A stretch of 64,000 bases of DNA from Gemmatimonadales bacterium (GTDB taxonomy: Bacteria; Gemmatimonadota; Gemmatimonadetes; Gemmatimonadales; JACORV01): NCBI GenBank assembly GCA_030697825.1, contig JAUYOW010000135.1, forward strand, positions 8,556 to 72,555. Reading direction: 5' to 3'. The notes below the pieces were generated by a model. It had not been told where the DNA came from. It saw nothing but the letters and a program-made list of their open reading frames with translations, and searched no databases. The position numbers were made by a program, and so were the translations under genes. Position 1 is the first letter of the stretch. Each line of letters starts with the position of its first letter. Below are positions 9,425 through 18,484 of this stretch, piece after piece.

Positions 9425-9904
9425 CTAGGAGAGCCCCGGGAAGCGGTAGTACAGGTCCCCGTTGTCGTCCGAGTCCGTCTCCACGAAGCCGTTCACCGCC
9501 ATCTCGTTGAGCTGGCGCTGCACTTCCTTGAAGCCGCGGCCCGTCGCGGCCACCGCCTCGGCGACCGTCAGCTTGCCGCCGTTCTTCTCCGCCGCCGTCA
9601 CCAGCGACACTTCGAACTCCTCCGTCGTCCGAGGCGCGCGCCGGCCTCCGGCAGGCAACGCCCCCGCCACACCACCGGCCGCCAGCGCCTGCTGGCCAAG
9701 ACCCTGGATCAGGAGGCGGTTGTTGGCGTCCTCGATCATCCCTGGGATGAGGAACAGGTCGATGAACTGGCCGACGCCGAAGAGTCCGAGCGTGAAGAGG
9801 TAAAGGAGCCCGGTGCCGAGCTTCCCCGCGTAGATGCGCTGAAGGCCGCAAACCCCGAGGAAGCTCGCGGCCCAGAGGATGTAGGCGGTGTTCTTGTCCT
9901 TCAC
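9425..9904 (-). CDS. TM2 domain-containing membrane protein with a C-terminal soluble domain
   Basis: 159 aa. N-terminus KNTAYILWAASFLGVCGLQRIYAGKLGTGLLYLFTLGLFGVGQFIDLFLIP matches the TM2 domain pattern (two helices, G..G..RFY.G). Confidence 0.7.
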   Translation of the reverse strand: MKDKNTAYILWAASFLGVCGLQRIYAGKLGTGLLYLFTLGLFGVGQFIDLFLIPGMIEDANNRLLIQGLGQQALAAGGVAGALPAGGRRAPRTTEEFEVSLVTAAEKNGGKLTVAEAVAATGRGFKEVQRQLNEMAVNGFVETDSDDNGDLYYRFPGLS

Positions 9905-9936
9905 GTCTGAAAAGATAAGGGTGTGGGGTTTAGAGG

Positions 9937-9978
9937 GGGTAGGGTGTAGAAAGCACCCGTACCGCCTACACCCTACCC
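9937..9978. terminator. 13-bp perfect inverted repeat (GGGTAGGGTGTAG / CTACACCCTACCC), likely terminator hairpin downstream of the 10000..10209 gene
   Basis: Arms at 9937-9949 and 9966-9978 with a 16-nt loop, embedded in G-tract/C-tract heptad repeats. Confidence 0.5.
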
Positions 9979-9999
9979 GCTATACCCTACACCCTTCCG

Positions 10000-10209
10000 T
10001 CACGCCTCCGAGCCCTTCTCACTCCACCGCTTGAACAGATGGAAACCCCACCAGATCAGGCCGGCGATGAGCGCGAACTTCAGCGCCCACAACAGGAAGC
10101 CGATCAGCACGCCCAGGAGCGGGAAGAACACCAGGCCGGCCAGCTTGATCAGCACCAACCCCACCACGCCCGTGGCGGCAAGCATCGCTATCGGTTTCAA
10201 CATGAACAC
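10000..10209 (-). CDS. Small hydrophobic membrane protein (69 aa, 2 TM)
   Basis: Track ORF MFMLKPIAMLAATGVVGLVLIKLAGLVFFPLLGVLIGFLLWALKFALIAGLIWWGFHLF... No family recognised. Confidence 0.5.
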   Translation of the reverse strand: MFMLKPIAMLAATGVVGLVLIKLAGLVFFPLLGVLIGFLLWALKFALIAGLIWWGFHLFKRWSEKGSEA

Positions 10210-10234
10210 GTCTCCGGCTCAGGTTTTCCGCACC

Positions 10235-10258
10235 CTGTGCGTCGGTGCGTCGGTGCGT
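10235..10258. repeat. Tandem octamer (CNGTGCGT) x3, same family as the 3031-3092 array
   Basis: ctgtgcgt cggtgcgt cggtgcgt, between the DPP-IV stop (10293) and the small membrane gene start (10209). Confidence 0.8.
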
Positions 10259-10292
10259 CCCCCTACGCAGGAACACCCGGCCGGGTTGCAGG

Positions 10293-12644
10293 TCACGGGA
10301 TCATCCCGCCGGCGGCCCCGGCCGGCCCCGGTGGGAGGTGCTCCGCGAGGAAGCGGGTGTACAGGTCGAACCGGTGGAGTGCCGCGCCGTCGCTGGCGAT
10401 GCCGTGGTTCCGGTTCGGGTAGACCATCAGCTGGAACGGCCGCTGCGCCCGGACTAGCGCGTTCACCATCGTCTCGGTGTTCTGGTAATGGACATTGTCG
10501 TCGCCTGAGCCGTGGACGATGAGGAGGCTCCCGCGCAGATTGGACGCGTAGGTGAGCGGCGAGCCGCGGTCGTATCCCACGGAGTTGTCTCTCGGGAGCC
10601 CGTTGTAGCGCTCGGTGTAGATCGTGTCGTAGAACTTCCAGTGGGTGACGGGCGCCGCTGAGATCGCGGCACTGTAGACACCGGGGTTTTGGAGGATGCA
10701 GTTCAGGGCCATGAACCCGCCGTAGCTGTGCCCGTAGATGCCGATGCGGGTCGAATCGATGAACGACCAACGTCCGATCGCCCTTGCCGCGGCGCCCTGG
10801 TCCTCGGTCTCGACCACGCCGAGCTGGCGGTAGATGATCTTGCGCCAGGCGCGGCCGTGCCCGTTGGTGCCGCGGTTGTCCACGCTCGCGACTATGTACC
10901 CACGTTGCGCCAGCAACTGGTACCAGAGGTAATTGTTGCCCCCCCAGCTGTCGAGCACGGTCTGCGAGCCCGGTCCGCCGTAGATGCTGATGAACACCGG
11001 ATAACGCCGCGACGGGTCGAAATCGGGCGGCCGGATGAACCACGCGTCGAGCTCCGTCCCTCCGCCGATGTCCACCGTCCGGAACTCCGACCTGCCGCGC
11101 CTCAGGGACGCCACCCGCGCGCGGAGCTGCGCGTTGTCCACCAGCGTCCGCAATACCTGATGGTCCGGAAGCCGCACCAGATCCGTGACGGGTGGCGTGT
11201 CGAAGCTCGAAAAGGTGTGGATGGCGAACCGGAAGCCGGGAGCCGCGTTGTACCCGTGCGAGCCGGCCTGCGCGGCGGGAGAGAGCCGCTCCGGCACGCC
11301 GCTGCCGTCGAGGCGCGCGCGATAGAGAAACCGCTGCGCGATGTCGTCGGGCGAGGCGATGTAGTAGACCCAGCCGCCCGAATCGTCCACGCCCCGGTAT
11401 CCGAACACATCGAAAGCGCCGGGCGTGAGGAGCCGGGCCTGCCCCGTTTCGCGCGAGACGAGCCAGAGGTGGTCCCATCCATCGCGCTCGCTCTGCCAGA
11501 TGAAGTCGCGCCCGTCGTTGACGAAGGTCGGGCTATCGTAGGTCTCCACCCAAGCGCTGTCCTGGTCGGTGAAGATGGTCCGCACCGCGCCGGTCCGCGC
11601 GTCGGCCATCATCACGTGCACCGTGTTCTGGAGCCGGTTCAGATGCTGGATCATCAGCTCGGACACAGCGGCCCCGCCCGGGGCGGGCGCCCATTCCATG
11701 CGCGCGATGTAGTTGTTGAGCGCGTCTCCGGGGACCTGCATCCAGCGCGTCGCGCCGCCCGCTGCGCTCACCACCCCCACGCGCGCCGCGGAGTTCGTCT
11801 CACCGGCCTTGGGGTACTGCACCGGCACGGCGAACGAATAGAGCGAGTCGGTGTCGTTGATGAGGTCGAAGTTTCGCACCCCGGTGATGTCCAGCTGCCA
11901 GTACGCGATCCACCGGCCATCCGGGCTCCAGCGCCAGCCGTCGTGGAGCCCCAGCTCTTCCTCATAGACCCAGTCGAAGCTGCCGTTGACCAGGGTAACC
12001 GACCCGTCGCGGGTGAGCTGCGTGACGCGGCCGGCCGCGAGGTCCTCGACGTAGAGGTTGTGCTCCCGCACGTAACCCACGCGCCCGCCGTCGGGGGAGA
12101 ACTTCGCGAACATCAGGGTGGAGGGGCGCGCCGCGGGGCCGCCCAGCTTGCGCAGGCGCCATGAGTCGAGATCCAGCACCCAGTAGTCGCCGCGGTCGTT
12201 GGTGCGCCAGACCGGCTGCCCCCTGGTGAACACGAGCAGCCTCCGGCCGTCGCCTGACCAGGCGTAGTCCTCGATCTCGAGCGGCACCGTATCACCGGGC
12301 GCGACCAGCCGCGCTGCGGGGACCAGGGTGTCGCGCCCGCCGGTCGCCGCGTCGTACCGGACGATGTCGCGCCCGCGCCGCGTCTCGGCGCCCCGCTCGA
12401 GCGTGGTGTACGCGGTGCCACCGGCGAGCCAGCGCGCCGGGCCGAAGGGCGCGCTCCGGAATTCGGCGCCCGCGAAGATCCGGTCGGTGGTGAGCGGCGC
12501 GGGGTCTGCCGCGGCGGGTTGCTGCGCCGAGAGCGGCGTGGCAAGCTCCAGCGCGACGGCGACCAGCAGTGCGCCCGCGAGGCGCACCAGCGGCGGGCGG
12601 CGGGACCAAACGCCACAGACCGCCACAACGATGCGAGCGTTCAT
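10293..12644 (-). CDS. Dipeptidyl-peptidase IV (S9B prolyl oligopeptidase family), secreted
   Basis: 783 aa. Signal peptide, DPP-IV N-terminal beta-propeller style region, catalytic serine motif GHSYGG, and downstream ...HGSGDDNVH...NRNHG. Confidence 0.85.
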   Translation of the reverse strand: MNARIVVAVCGVWSRRPPLVRLAGALLVAVALELATPLSAQQPAAADPAPLTTDRIFAGAEFRSAPFGPARWLAGGTAYTTLERGAETRRGRDIVRYDAATGGRDTLVPAARLVAPGDTVPLEIEDYAWSGDGRRLLVFTRGQPVWRTNDRGDYWVLDLDSWRLRKLGGPAARPSTLMFAKFSPDGGRVGYVREHNLYVEDLAAGRVTQLTRDGSVTLVNGSFDWVYEEELGLHDGWRWSPDGRWIAYWQLDITGVRNFDLINDTDSLYSFAVPVQYPKAGETNSAARVGVVSAAGGATRWMQVPGDALNNYIARMEWAPAPGGAAVSELMIQHLNRLQNTVHVMMADARTGAVRTIFTDQDSAWVETYDSPTFVNDGRDFIWQSERDGWDHLWLVSRETGQARLLTPGAFDVFGYRGVDDSGGWVYYIASPDDIAQRFLYRARLDGSGVPERLSPAAQAGSHGYNAAPGFRFAIHTFSSFDTPPVTDLVRLPDHQVLRTLVDNAQLRARVASLRRGRSEFRTVDIGGGTELDAWFIRPPDFDPSRRYPVFISIYGGPGSQTVLDSWGGNNYLWYQLLAQRGYIVASVDNRGTNGHGRAWRKIIYRQLGVVETEDQGAAARAIGRWSFIDSTRIGIYGHSYGGFMALNCILQNPGVYSAAISAAPVTHWKFYDTIYTERYNGLPRDNSVGYDRGSPLTYASNLRGSLLIVHGSGDDNVHYQNTETMVNALVRAQRPFQLMVYPNRNHGIASDGAALHRFDLYTRFLAEHLPPGPAGAAGGMIP

Positions 12645-12817
12645 ACCAGTGTCTGGACTCCGCTGATCAGGGGAGTGCGCGACGGTGCTCGTCGCCGACC
12701 GGCGGCGACCGCGTGACGTCGTAAGATAGCTCGCTCGCGATGCCGGCGCCCCCCGGTCGCCCTGCGCCTCAGGCCGGGCGGCCCGTCCCCCCTCGCGCGC
12801 CCGCCGGGCAGCTTGCC

Positions 12818-12846
12818 TTGCCCGGCGGAACCACGCTGGGTATCAT
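12818..12846 (+). promoter_or_regulatory. Candidate sigma-70-type promoter for the pnt operon
   Basis: TTGCCC (12818-23), 17-nt spacer, TATCAT (12841-46), about 105 nt upstream of the pntAA start. Pattern match only. Confidence 0.25.
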
Positions 12847-12951
12847 CGCCGGTCGCCTGAGGTTAAGGATTCCTTCAAGGTCGTTTCATGTGCGCTGGAG
12901 CTTCGCGGAGCGATTCTTCCTCGCCACATCATCCAGGACCCAGGAGTTCCA

Positions 12952-14109
12952 GTGCTGATATCGGTTCCCAGGGAGACTGCACTCGGCGAACGCCGCGTGG
13001 CGTTGGTTCCGGAGTCGTGCAAGAAGCTGATCCAGGCGGGGTACGCGGTGGCGATCGAATCCGGGGCGGGCGACGGAGCCTACCTGCCGGACAACGCCTA
13101 CCGTGAGGTGGGGGTTGCGGTAGAAGGCGACCCCGCCGCACTCCTTTCCAAGGCCGATGTCGTGCTGCGGGTGAACGCCCCGCCGGTGGGCGGGGCGCCG
13201 GGGGGGGGGCGTAACGAGGTGGAGTGGATGCGGCCGGGCGCGGTACTGCTGGGCTCGCTCATGCCGCTACGCAACCTCGACGTCGTACGCGCCCTCGCGG
13301 CGCGCGGGATCACCGCCTTCTCGACCGACGCCATCCCGCGAACCACTCGCGCGCAATCCATGGACACGCTGTCGTCAATGGCCAGCATCGCCGGGTATCG
13401 CGGGGTGCTGCTGGCGGCCGCCGAGCTGCCGAAGTACTTCCCCATGCTGATGACGGCGGCCGGCATGGTGCCGCCGGCCAGGGTCTTCGTGGTAGGGGCG
13501 GCGGTCGCCGGGCTTCAGGCGATCGCGACCGCCCGGCGGCTCGGGGCCAACGTGACCGGGACCGACGTGCGACCGGAAGTGAAAGAGCAGATCGAGAGTG
13601 TCGGCGCGAAGTACGTCGGCATCGATCTCGGCGCAAGCGCGGCCGCCGGCGGCGGCTATGCCAAGGAGCTGACGGACGAGGACAAGGCGCGCCAGCGTGA
13701 GTTGCTCAGGGAGCAGTGCGCGGCGGCGGACGTCGTCATCACGACCGCGCTGATCGGTGGCGTCTTCGCGCCCCGGCTGATCACGCGGGACATGGTGCGG
13801 GGCATGCGGCCGGGCTCGGTCATCGTGGACCTGGCGGCCGACGGCGGCGGCAACTGTGAGCTGTCACGCCCGGGCGAGACGGTGGTCGAGGACGGCGTGA
13901 AGATCCTGGCGCCGCTCAACGTGCCGGCCGCCATGCCGACCCACGCCAGCACGCTATTCTCCCGGAACCTCACCGCCTTCGTACAGGAGTTCACCAGGGA
14001 GCAGGCGTTCCAGCTCGACCCGGCGGACGACATCCAGCAGGGAGCCCTGATCACCCACGCGGGCCAGGTGGTGCACGCCCGCACCAAGGAAGCGCTCGCC
14101 AAGGTGTGA
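12952..14109 (+). CDS. pntAA: NAD(P) transhydrogenase subunit alpha part 1
   Basis: 385 aa. Alanine-dehydrogenase/PNT N-terminal and NAD-binding domains (VFVVGAAVAGLQAIATARRLGA). Followed by the alpha-2 and beta subunits. Confidence 0.9.
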   Translation: MLISVPRETALGERRVALVPESCKKLIQAGYAVAIESGAGDGAYLPDNAYREVGVAVEGDPAALLSKADVVLRVNAPPVGGAPGGGRNEVEWMRPGAVLLGSLMPLRNLDVVRALAARGITAFSTDAIPRTTRAQSMDTLSSMASIAGYRGVLLAAAELPKYFPMLMTAAGMVPPARVFVVGAAVAGLQAIATARRLGANVTGTDVRPEVKEQIESVGAKYVGIDLGASAAAGGGYAKELTDEDKARQRELLREQCAAADVVITTALIGGVFAPRLITRDMVRGMRPGSVIVDLAADGGGNCELSRPGETVVEDGVKILAPLNVPAAMPTHASTLFSRNLTAFVQEFTREQAFQLDPADDIQQGALITHAGQVVHARTKEALAKV

Positions 14110-14543
14110 GCGAAAGGAGAAGCAGCACGATGGCTCGACGCTTCATCCTCCTGCGGCTGCTGCCGCCGTTCGTGACGACGCTGCTGGTCGGCCTGCCGGT
14201 GGCGGCGGCTGCCCAGGACGCGGCGACCACCGCGCACCCGGAGCAGGCGTTCGACTACTGGTCCATGGTGTTCGTGTTCCTGCTGGCCACGTTCATCGGG
14301 ATCGGCGTGATCCGCCGCGTGTCCCGGCTGCTGCATACCCCGCTCATGTCCATCACGAACGCGATCTCGGCGATCGCCGTCGTGGGGTCGATCATCGTCA
14401 CGGGGTCCGACCACCCGCCGATCATCCGCTTCATGGGCGCGGTCGCGCTGTTCGCGTCCATGACGAACATCGTGAGCGGGTTCCTGATCACCGACCGCAT
14501 GCTCAAGATGTTCAAGACGCCGCGTGAGGGAGCAGGCAAGTGA
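14106..14543 (+). CDS. pntAB: NAD(P) transhydrogenase subunit alpha part 2, with a signal-peptide-like N-terminal extension; start uncertain (14106 GTG, 14130 ATG)
   Basis: The core ...FVFLLATFIGIGVIRRVSRLLHTPLMSITNAISAIAVVG... is the conserved alpha-2 membrane segment. GTGA overlap with pntAA. Confidence 0.8.
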   Translation: MSERRSSTMARRFILLRLLPPFVTTLLVGLPVAAAAQDAATTAHPEQAFDYWSMVFVFLLATFIGIGVIRRVSRLLHTPLMSITNAISAIAVVGSIIVTGSDHPPIIRFMGAVALFASMTNIVSGFLITDRMLKMFKTPREGAGK

Positions 14544-15946
14544 ACGCGTCCCTCGTACAGCTGACGTACCTCGTCGCGGCCGCGCTGTTCGTCTTCTCGC
14601 TTCACTGGATGAACGACCCGAAGACCGCGCGGCGCGCGGTCTACGCCGGCGTGGCGGCGATGGCGCTCGCGGTGCTGGCCACCTGGGGCCAGTCCGTCGT
14701 GGTGCATCACGGCTGGATCATCATCGCCATCTTGGCCGGCGTGGCCGTCGGCATTCCGCTGTCCATGGTGCCGCTGACGGCCGTGCCCCAGCGGACGGCC
14801 CTGTCGCACGCGTTCGGCGGCCTCGCCGCCGGCCTCGTGGGCACCGCCGAGTACTACCTGTGGTACAGCGAGGGCCCGGAGAACCTCACGACCTTCAAGA
14901 TGACGGCGATCATCGCCGAGATCATCCTGGGCTTCCTGACCTTCACCGGCAGCCTCATGGCCGCCGGCAAGCTCCAGGAAGTGAAGTGGATCCCGCAGCG
15001 CCCGGTGACGTACCGGGGCCAGAACGTCATGAACATCGGGCTGCTGCTGATCGCCGCGGTCATCGGCGTGATGCTGATCGCCGAGCCGACGGCCACCTGG
15101 GCGCCCCAGCTGTTCCCCGTGGTGATCGGGATGTCGCTGCTGTTCGGCGTGCTCCTGGTCATCCCCATCGGCGGCGCGGACATGCCGACGGTGATCTCGA
15201 TCCTCAACGCGTACGCCGGCCTCTCGGCGGTGGCGATGGGGTTCGTGCTCGACAACAAGCTGCTGATCACGGCCGGCGCGCTCGACGGCTCGAGCGGTCT
15301 CATCCTGTCGATCATCATGTGCAAGGCGATGAACCGCTCGTTCGTCAACGTGCTGTTCGGCGCGTTCGGCCAGGTGCAGCAGGCTAAACAGCTCGGCGAA
15401 GGCAAGGTCTACAAACCGGAAACGATCGAGGGTGCCGCGCAGGTCCTGGAGCAGGCCAACCTGGTCGTCATCATCCCCGGCTACGGGATGGCGGTCGCGC
15501 AGGCGCAGCACAAGATCCGGGAGCTGTACGACCAGCTCAAGAAGCGCGGCATCACGGTGAAGTTCGCCATCCACCCGGTGGCCGGACGCATGCCGGGCCA
15601 CATGAACGTGCTGCTCGCGGAAGCGGACATCCCGTACACGGACCTGTCCGAGATGAGCGACATCAACACCGACATGCCGCAGTGTGACGTGGCGCTGGTG
15701 GTCGGCGCGAACGACGTGGTGAACCCGGTGGCACGGTACGACAAGACGAGCCCGATCTACGGCATGCCGATCATCGACGCGGACAAGGCCCGGACGGTCT
15801 ACGCGATCAAGCGGAGCAAGAACCCGGGCTTCGCCGGCATCGACAACGAGCTGTATTTCTCGGACAAGACCTGGATGCTGTTCGGAGACGCTAAGAAGGT
15901 CATCGGCGACCTGGTGAAACAGTTCGGCGACTCAGGCGGCCACTAG
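14540..15946 (+). CDS. pntB: NAD(P) transhydrogenase subunit beta
   Basis: 468 aa. N-terminal membrane domain plus C-terminal NADP(H)-binding domain (...PGYGMAVAQAQH...AIHPVAGRMPGHMNVLLAEA...GANDVVNP...). Confidence 0.9.
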   Translation: MNASLVQLTYLVAAALFVFSLHWMNDPKTARRAVYAGVAAMALAVLATWGQSVVVHHGWIIIAILAGVAVGIPLSMVPLTAVPQRTALSHAFGGLAAGLVGTAEYYLWYSEGPENLTTFKMTAIIAEIILGFLTFTGSLMAAGKLQEVKWIPQRPVTYRGQNVMNIGLLLIAAVIGVMLIAEPTATWAPQLFPVVIGMSLLFGVLLVIPIGGADMPTVISILNAYAGLSAVAMGFVLDNKLLITAGALDGSSGLILSIIMCKAMNRSFVNVLFGAFGQVQQAKQLGEGKVYKPETIEGAAQVLEQANLVVIIPGYGMAVAQAQHKIRELYDQLKKRGITVKFAIHPVAGRMPGHMNVLLAEADIPYTDLSEMSDINTDMPQCDVALVVGANDVVNPVARYDKTSPIYGMPIIDADKARTVYAIKRSKNPGFAGIDNELYFSDKTWMLFGDAKKVIGDLVKQFGDSGGH

Positions 15947-15948
15947 CA

Positions 15949-16830
15949 TCACCGCCGCGCCACCGTGGCCACCGTCCCCAACGCCCGCTCCACTGCCGCC
16001 GCCACGACATCGGGCCGCTCCTCCTGGAGGTAGTGCCCCGCGCCCGGGACCATTTCGAGCGTGAACCCGACCACCTCGTGCCTGAGGAGAGCAATCTCGC
16101 GTTCGCTCACGCGGCCGCCGTGCGGCGCCTCCCCCACCAGCAGGAACACCGGACACCGCACCTCGGCGAGGCGAGGCGCCAGAGCCATCGGCTCGTGCGA
16201 CCCCGCCATCGCCATGAATGCCAGGAGCGTCGCGCCGAAGTCCGCGGTCGCGCCCTCCGTGTAACGCGCGATGGCCTCGTCGGTCACCCACGCCGGGTCA
16301 CCCGACGCGCGCACCAGCGACGAACGGACGCGCCCGCGCAGCCCGGCGCTGCCCACCATTCGAATGAGCGGCGCGAAGGACATTGCGCGGCGGAACCCCG
16401 GCGTCGCCGCGGTCTCCGACGGCCCTCCGTCGAGCGAGACGACCGCGCGCACCAGCTCGGGGCGGCGCACGGCCATCCGGAACACCATCCCGCCCGCCGT
16501 CGAGTGCGCGACCACCACCGCCTCACGCACCCCCAGGATGTCGAGGACCGTGGCGATGCGGTCGGCCTGAGCCGTGAGCGAGTAGTCCGCACCGCGCGGA
16601 CGCGCGGAGCCTCCTATCGCGAGGGGCTCGATCACGATCGTGCGACGTCCCGACGCCGCGAGCAACGACACCACCTTGCGCCACCCGTATGCCGAGCCGA
16701 ATAGCCCCGGGACCAGGACGACGGGGGCGCCGTCGCCGTGCGCCGTCACCAGGAGTGTTTCCGCCAGCGCCACCTCCACTCGCTGGATCGGTGCGACACC
16801 GAGGGCGACGGCGAGCATGAAGGGCAGCAT
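15949..16830 (-). CDS. Alpha/beta hydrolase fold protein
   Basis: Track ORF 15949..16890 trimmed to ATG 16830, which is preceded by AAGGAGG. Nucleophile elbow AHSTAGG, HG-type oxyanion region VLVPGLFGS, C-terminal GAGHYLQEE. Confidence 0.75.
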   Translation of the reverse strand: MLPFMLAVALGVAPIQRVEVALAETLLVTAHGDGAPVVLVPGLFGSAYGWRKVVSLLAASGRRTIVIEPLAIGGSARPRGADYSLTAQADRIATVLDILGVREAVVVAHSTAGGMVFRMAVRRPELVRAVVSLDGGPSETAATPGFRRAMSFAPLIRMVGSAGLRGRVRSSLVRASGDPAWVTDEAIARYTEGATADFGATLLAFMAMAGSHEPMALAPRLAEVRCPVFLLVGEAPHGGRVSEREIALLRHEVVGFTLEMVPGAGHYLQEERPDVVAAAVERALGTVATVARR

Positions 16831-16844
16831 CGCAGCCTCCTTGC

Positions 16845-17555
16845 TCAGCTGGTGACGACGCGCCGCGCACGCCGCTTCGAATGCCACCACTTCCAGGTGC
16901 CGGCCCCTGCTCCGAACACCACCGACCCCGCCGACAGGCCGAGCAACCAGCCGTCGGGGACGTTCAGGACGGCGCCCAGCGCGGCCGGGATGAAGAGCTT
17001 GGGGAGTCGGCCCAGCGTATCAGCCGCCACGTAGCGCGCCGCCGGGTAGCGCGAGACCGCCGCAAGCGTGCGGGTGATCCAGTCGGGGATGGGCGAGACC
17101 GCGGCCACCGCGACCGCGAGTGCGGGCCAGCGCTGGAAGAGCCGCATCAGCCGCGAGCCGTTCACCCCCAGGCGCACCCTCCCGAGCGCGCGCAGGTCCA
17201 TCACGCCGCGCACCAGGTGGAGCGACAGGATCTCGGCGTAGGCGCTCGCGGCCGCCGCCACGAGCGTCACGAGCCACGCGGGATAGAGCCGGCCATAGAG
17301 CATCAGGACCGGCTCGAGCCCCGCCGGGATGAAGGCGGAGAGGGGACCACGCATCCACAGCGTCGTCAGCGCCAGCGGTATCAGCGGGGCCGCCTGCGGC
17401 ACCCACTGTACGATCGGTATCGCCACCAGCCCCACCACGGCAGTGGCACGCAGGGCCGCGTCCCACTCACGGTTCCCAAGACGCTGGGCCAGGATCGCCG
17501 GGACCCGCATCGCGGCGACCGGCACGGCCCGGACCGACGACCCGACGGCGGTCAC
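16845..17555 (-). CDS. Integral membrane protein, tentatively VTT-domain (DedA/TVP38-like)
   Basis: 236 aa, multi-TM. The segment AVSPIPDWITRTLAAVSRYPAARYVAADTLGRLP resembles the VTT/SNARE-associated motif. GTGA overlap with the upstream gene. Confidence 0.45.
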   Translation of the reverse strand: MTAVGSSVRAVPVAAMRVPAILAQRLGNREWDAALRATAVVGLVAIPIVQWVPQAAPLIPLALTTLWMRGPLSAFIPAGLEPVLMLYGRLYPAWLVTLVAAAASAYAEILSLHLVRGVMDLRALGRVRLGVNGSRLMRLFQRWPALAVAVAAVSPIPDWITRTLAAVSRYPAARYVAADTLGRLPKLFIPAALGAVLNVPDGWLLGLSAGSVVFGAGAGTWKWWHSKRRARRVVTS

Positions 17556-18430
17556 GGGACCTCCGCCCGCGCGATCGAGGCCAGCAGCCCGCCCGGCGCG
17601 TCGAAGAGCGCCGCCAGCAGCGTTGCCAGCAGCGCGATCCAGAGGGCGGCGAAGACCGGCACGAACCGGCGCCGCACCCCCAGCATTTCCGGGAAGCGCA
17701 TCGGCTTGCCGGTGAACTTGCCCGGGGCCTCCAGCGGCGAACCGAACTTCTTGTGCGTCTCGATCGTCGCGATCGTTAGGCCGAGGGCGCCGAAGGCGAC
17801 GGCGAGATAGCTGGTCGTGAACGACGACAGCACCAGACCGTACGCCGTCGCGAGCGCCGGACTACGGAAGAACTTCAGGAGCTGGAATCCCTCCTTGGGA
17901 GCGTCCTTCCACGCGCCGCCGAAGGCCGAGATCCAGCCGCCGATGCTGCCGACCACCAACACCATGCCCAGCGGGAAGACCGCCGTCCCGGCCGGCTCCA
18001 GCCACCCCAGCCCCAGGACCACGAGCGCGACCGCCGCGGCGCAGCCGATCCCGGCTGCCGCGCGGACCCGCCGGCTCGATACGACCCTGCCGACCACCGC
18101 GAACTGCATAGGGATGAAGTACTTCGACTGGTCCTCTTCGCGGATGAACGTCTTGTGCCACTCGACGAGGGCGCGCTCGAGAACGTAGGCAAGCCCGAAG
18201 AGCAGGACGGCGTCCCCAGGCGTGCCGGGATCGAAGCGCATCAGCAACTGGATCAAGACCGCGGACCCTGCGCCGACGATCACGCTCCGGCAGTACTTCC
18301 GCGCGCTGAACCCTTCGTACAAGGCGTCCTTGTACATCCCCCAGGTGGCGACATGGAGTCCGCTCGCCGCGCCGATCAGGGCCGCGGGGACCACCCCAAA
18401 GCTGGTGGAGGCTGCGAGGAACCATGACAT
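17552..18430 (-). CDS. Integral membrane protein with an internal two-fold repeat, unknown family
   Basis: 292 aa. The motif W(G)xYKDAxxEGF(x3)K(Y/F)xRS occurs twice (WGMYKDALYEGFSARKYCRS and GGAWKDAPKEGFQLLKFFRS), each followed by TM helices. Confidence 0.55.
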   Translation of the reverse strand: MSWFLAASTSFGVVPAALIGAASGLHVATWGMYKDALYEGFSARKYCRSVIVGAGSAVLIQLLMRFDPGTPGDAVLLFGLAYVLERALVEWHKTFIREEDQSKYFIPMQFAVVGRVVSSRRVRAAAGIGCAAAVALVVLGLGWLEPAGTAVFPLGMVLVVGSIGGWISAFGGAWKDAPKEGFQLLKFFRSPALATAYGLVLSSFTTSYLAVAFGALGLTIATIETHKKFGSPLEAPGKFTGKPMRFPEMLGVRRRFVPVFAALWIALLATLLAALFDAPGGLLASIARAEVP

Positions 18431-18484
18431 GGACCCACCCCGGTTCGAGTGGGTCCAAGCTTTCAGCGAGGGGTCAAGCCGGAA

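Noticed and set aside
14255-15601. 448-aa ORF on the minus strand
   Set aside because: It is antisense to pntAB/pntB.
17775-17781. Additional GTTAGGC core-like 7-mer
   Set aside because: It lies inside the 17552..18430 coding sequence with no partner box or palindrome. By base composition a few chance occurrences are expected in 64 kb, so the 7-mer alone is not evidence.
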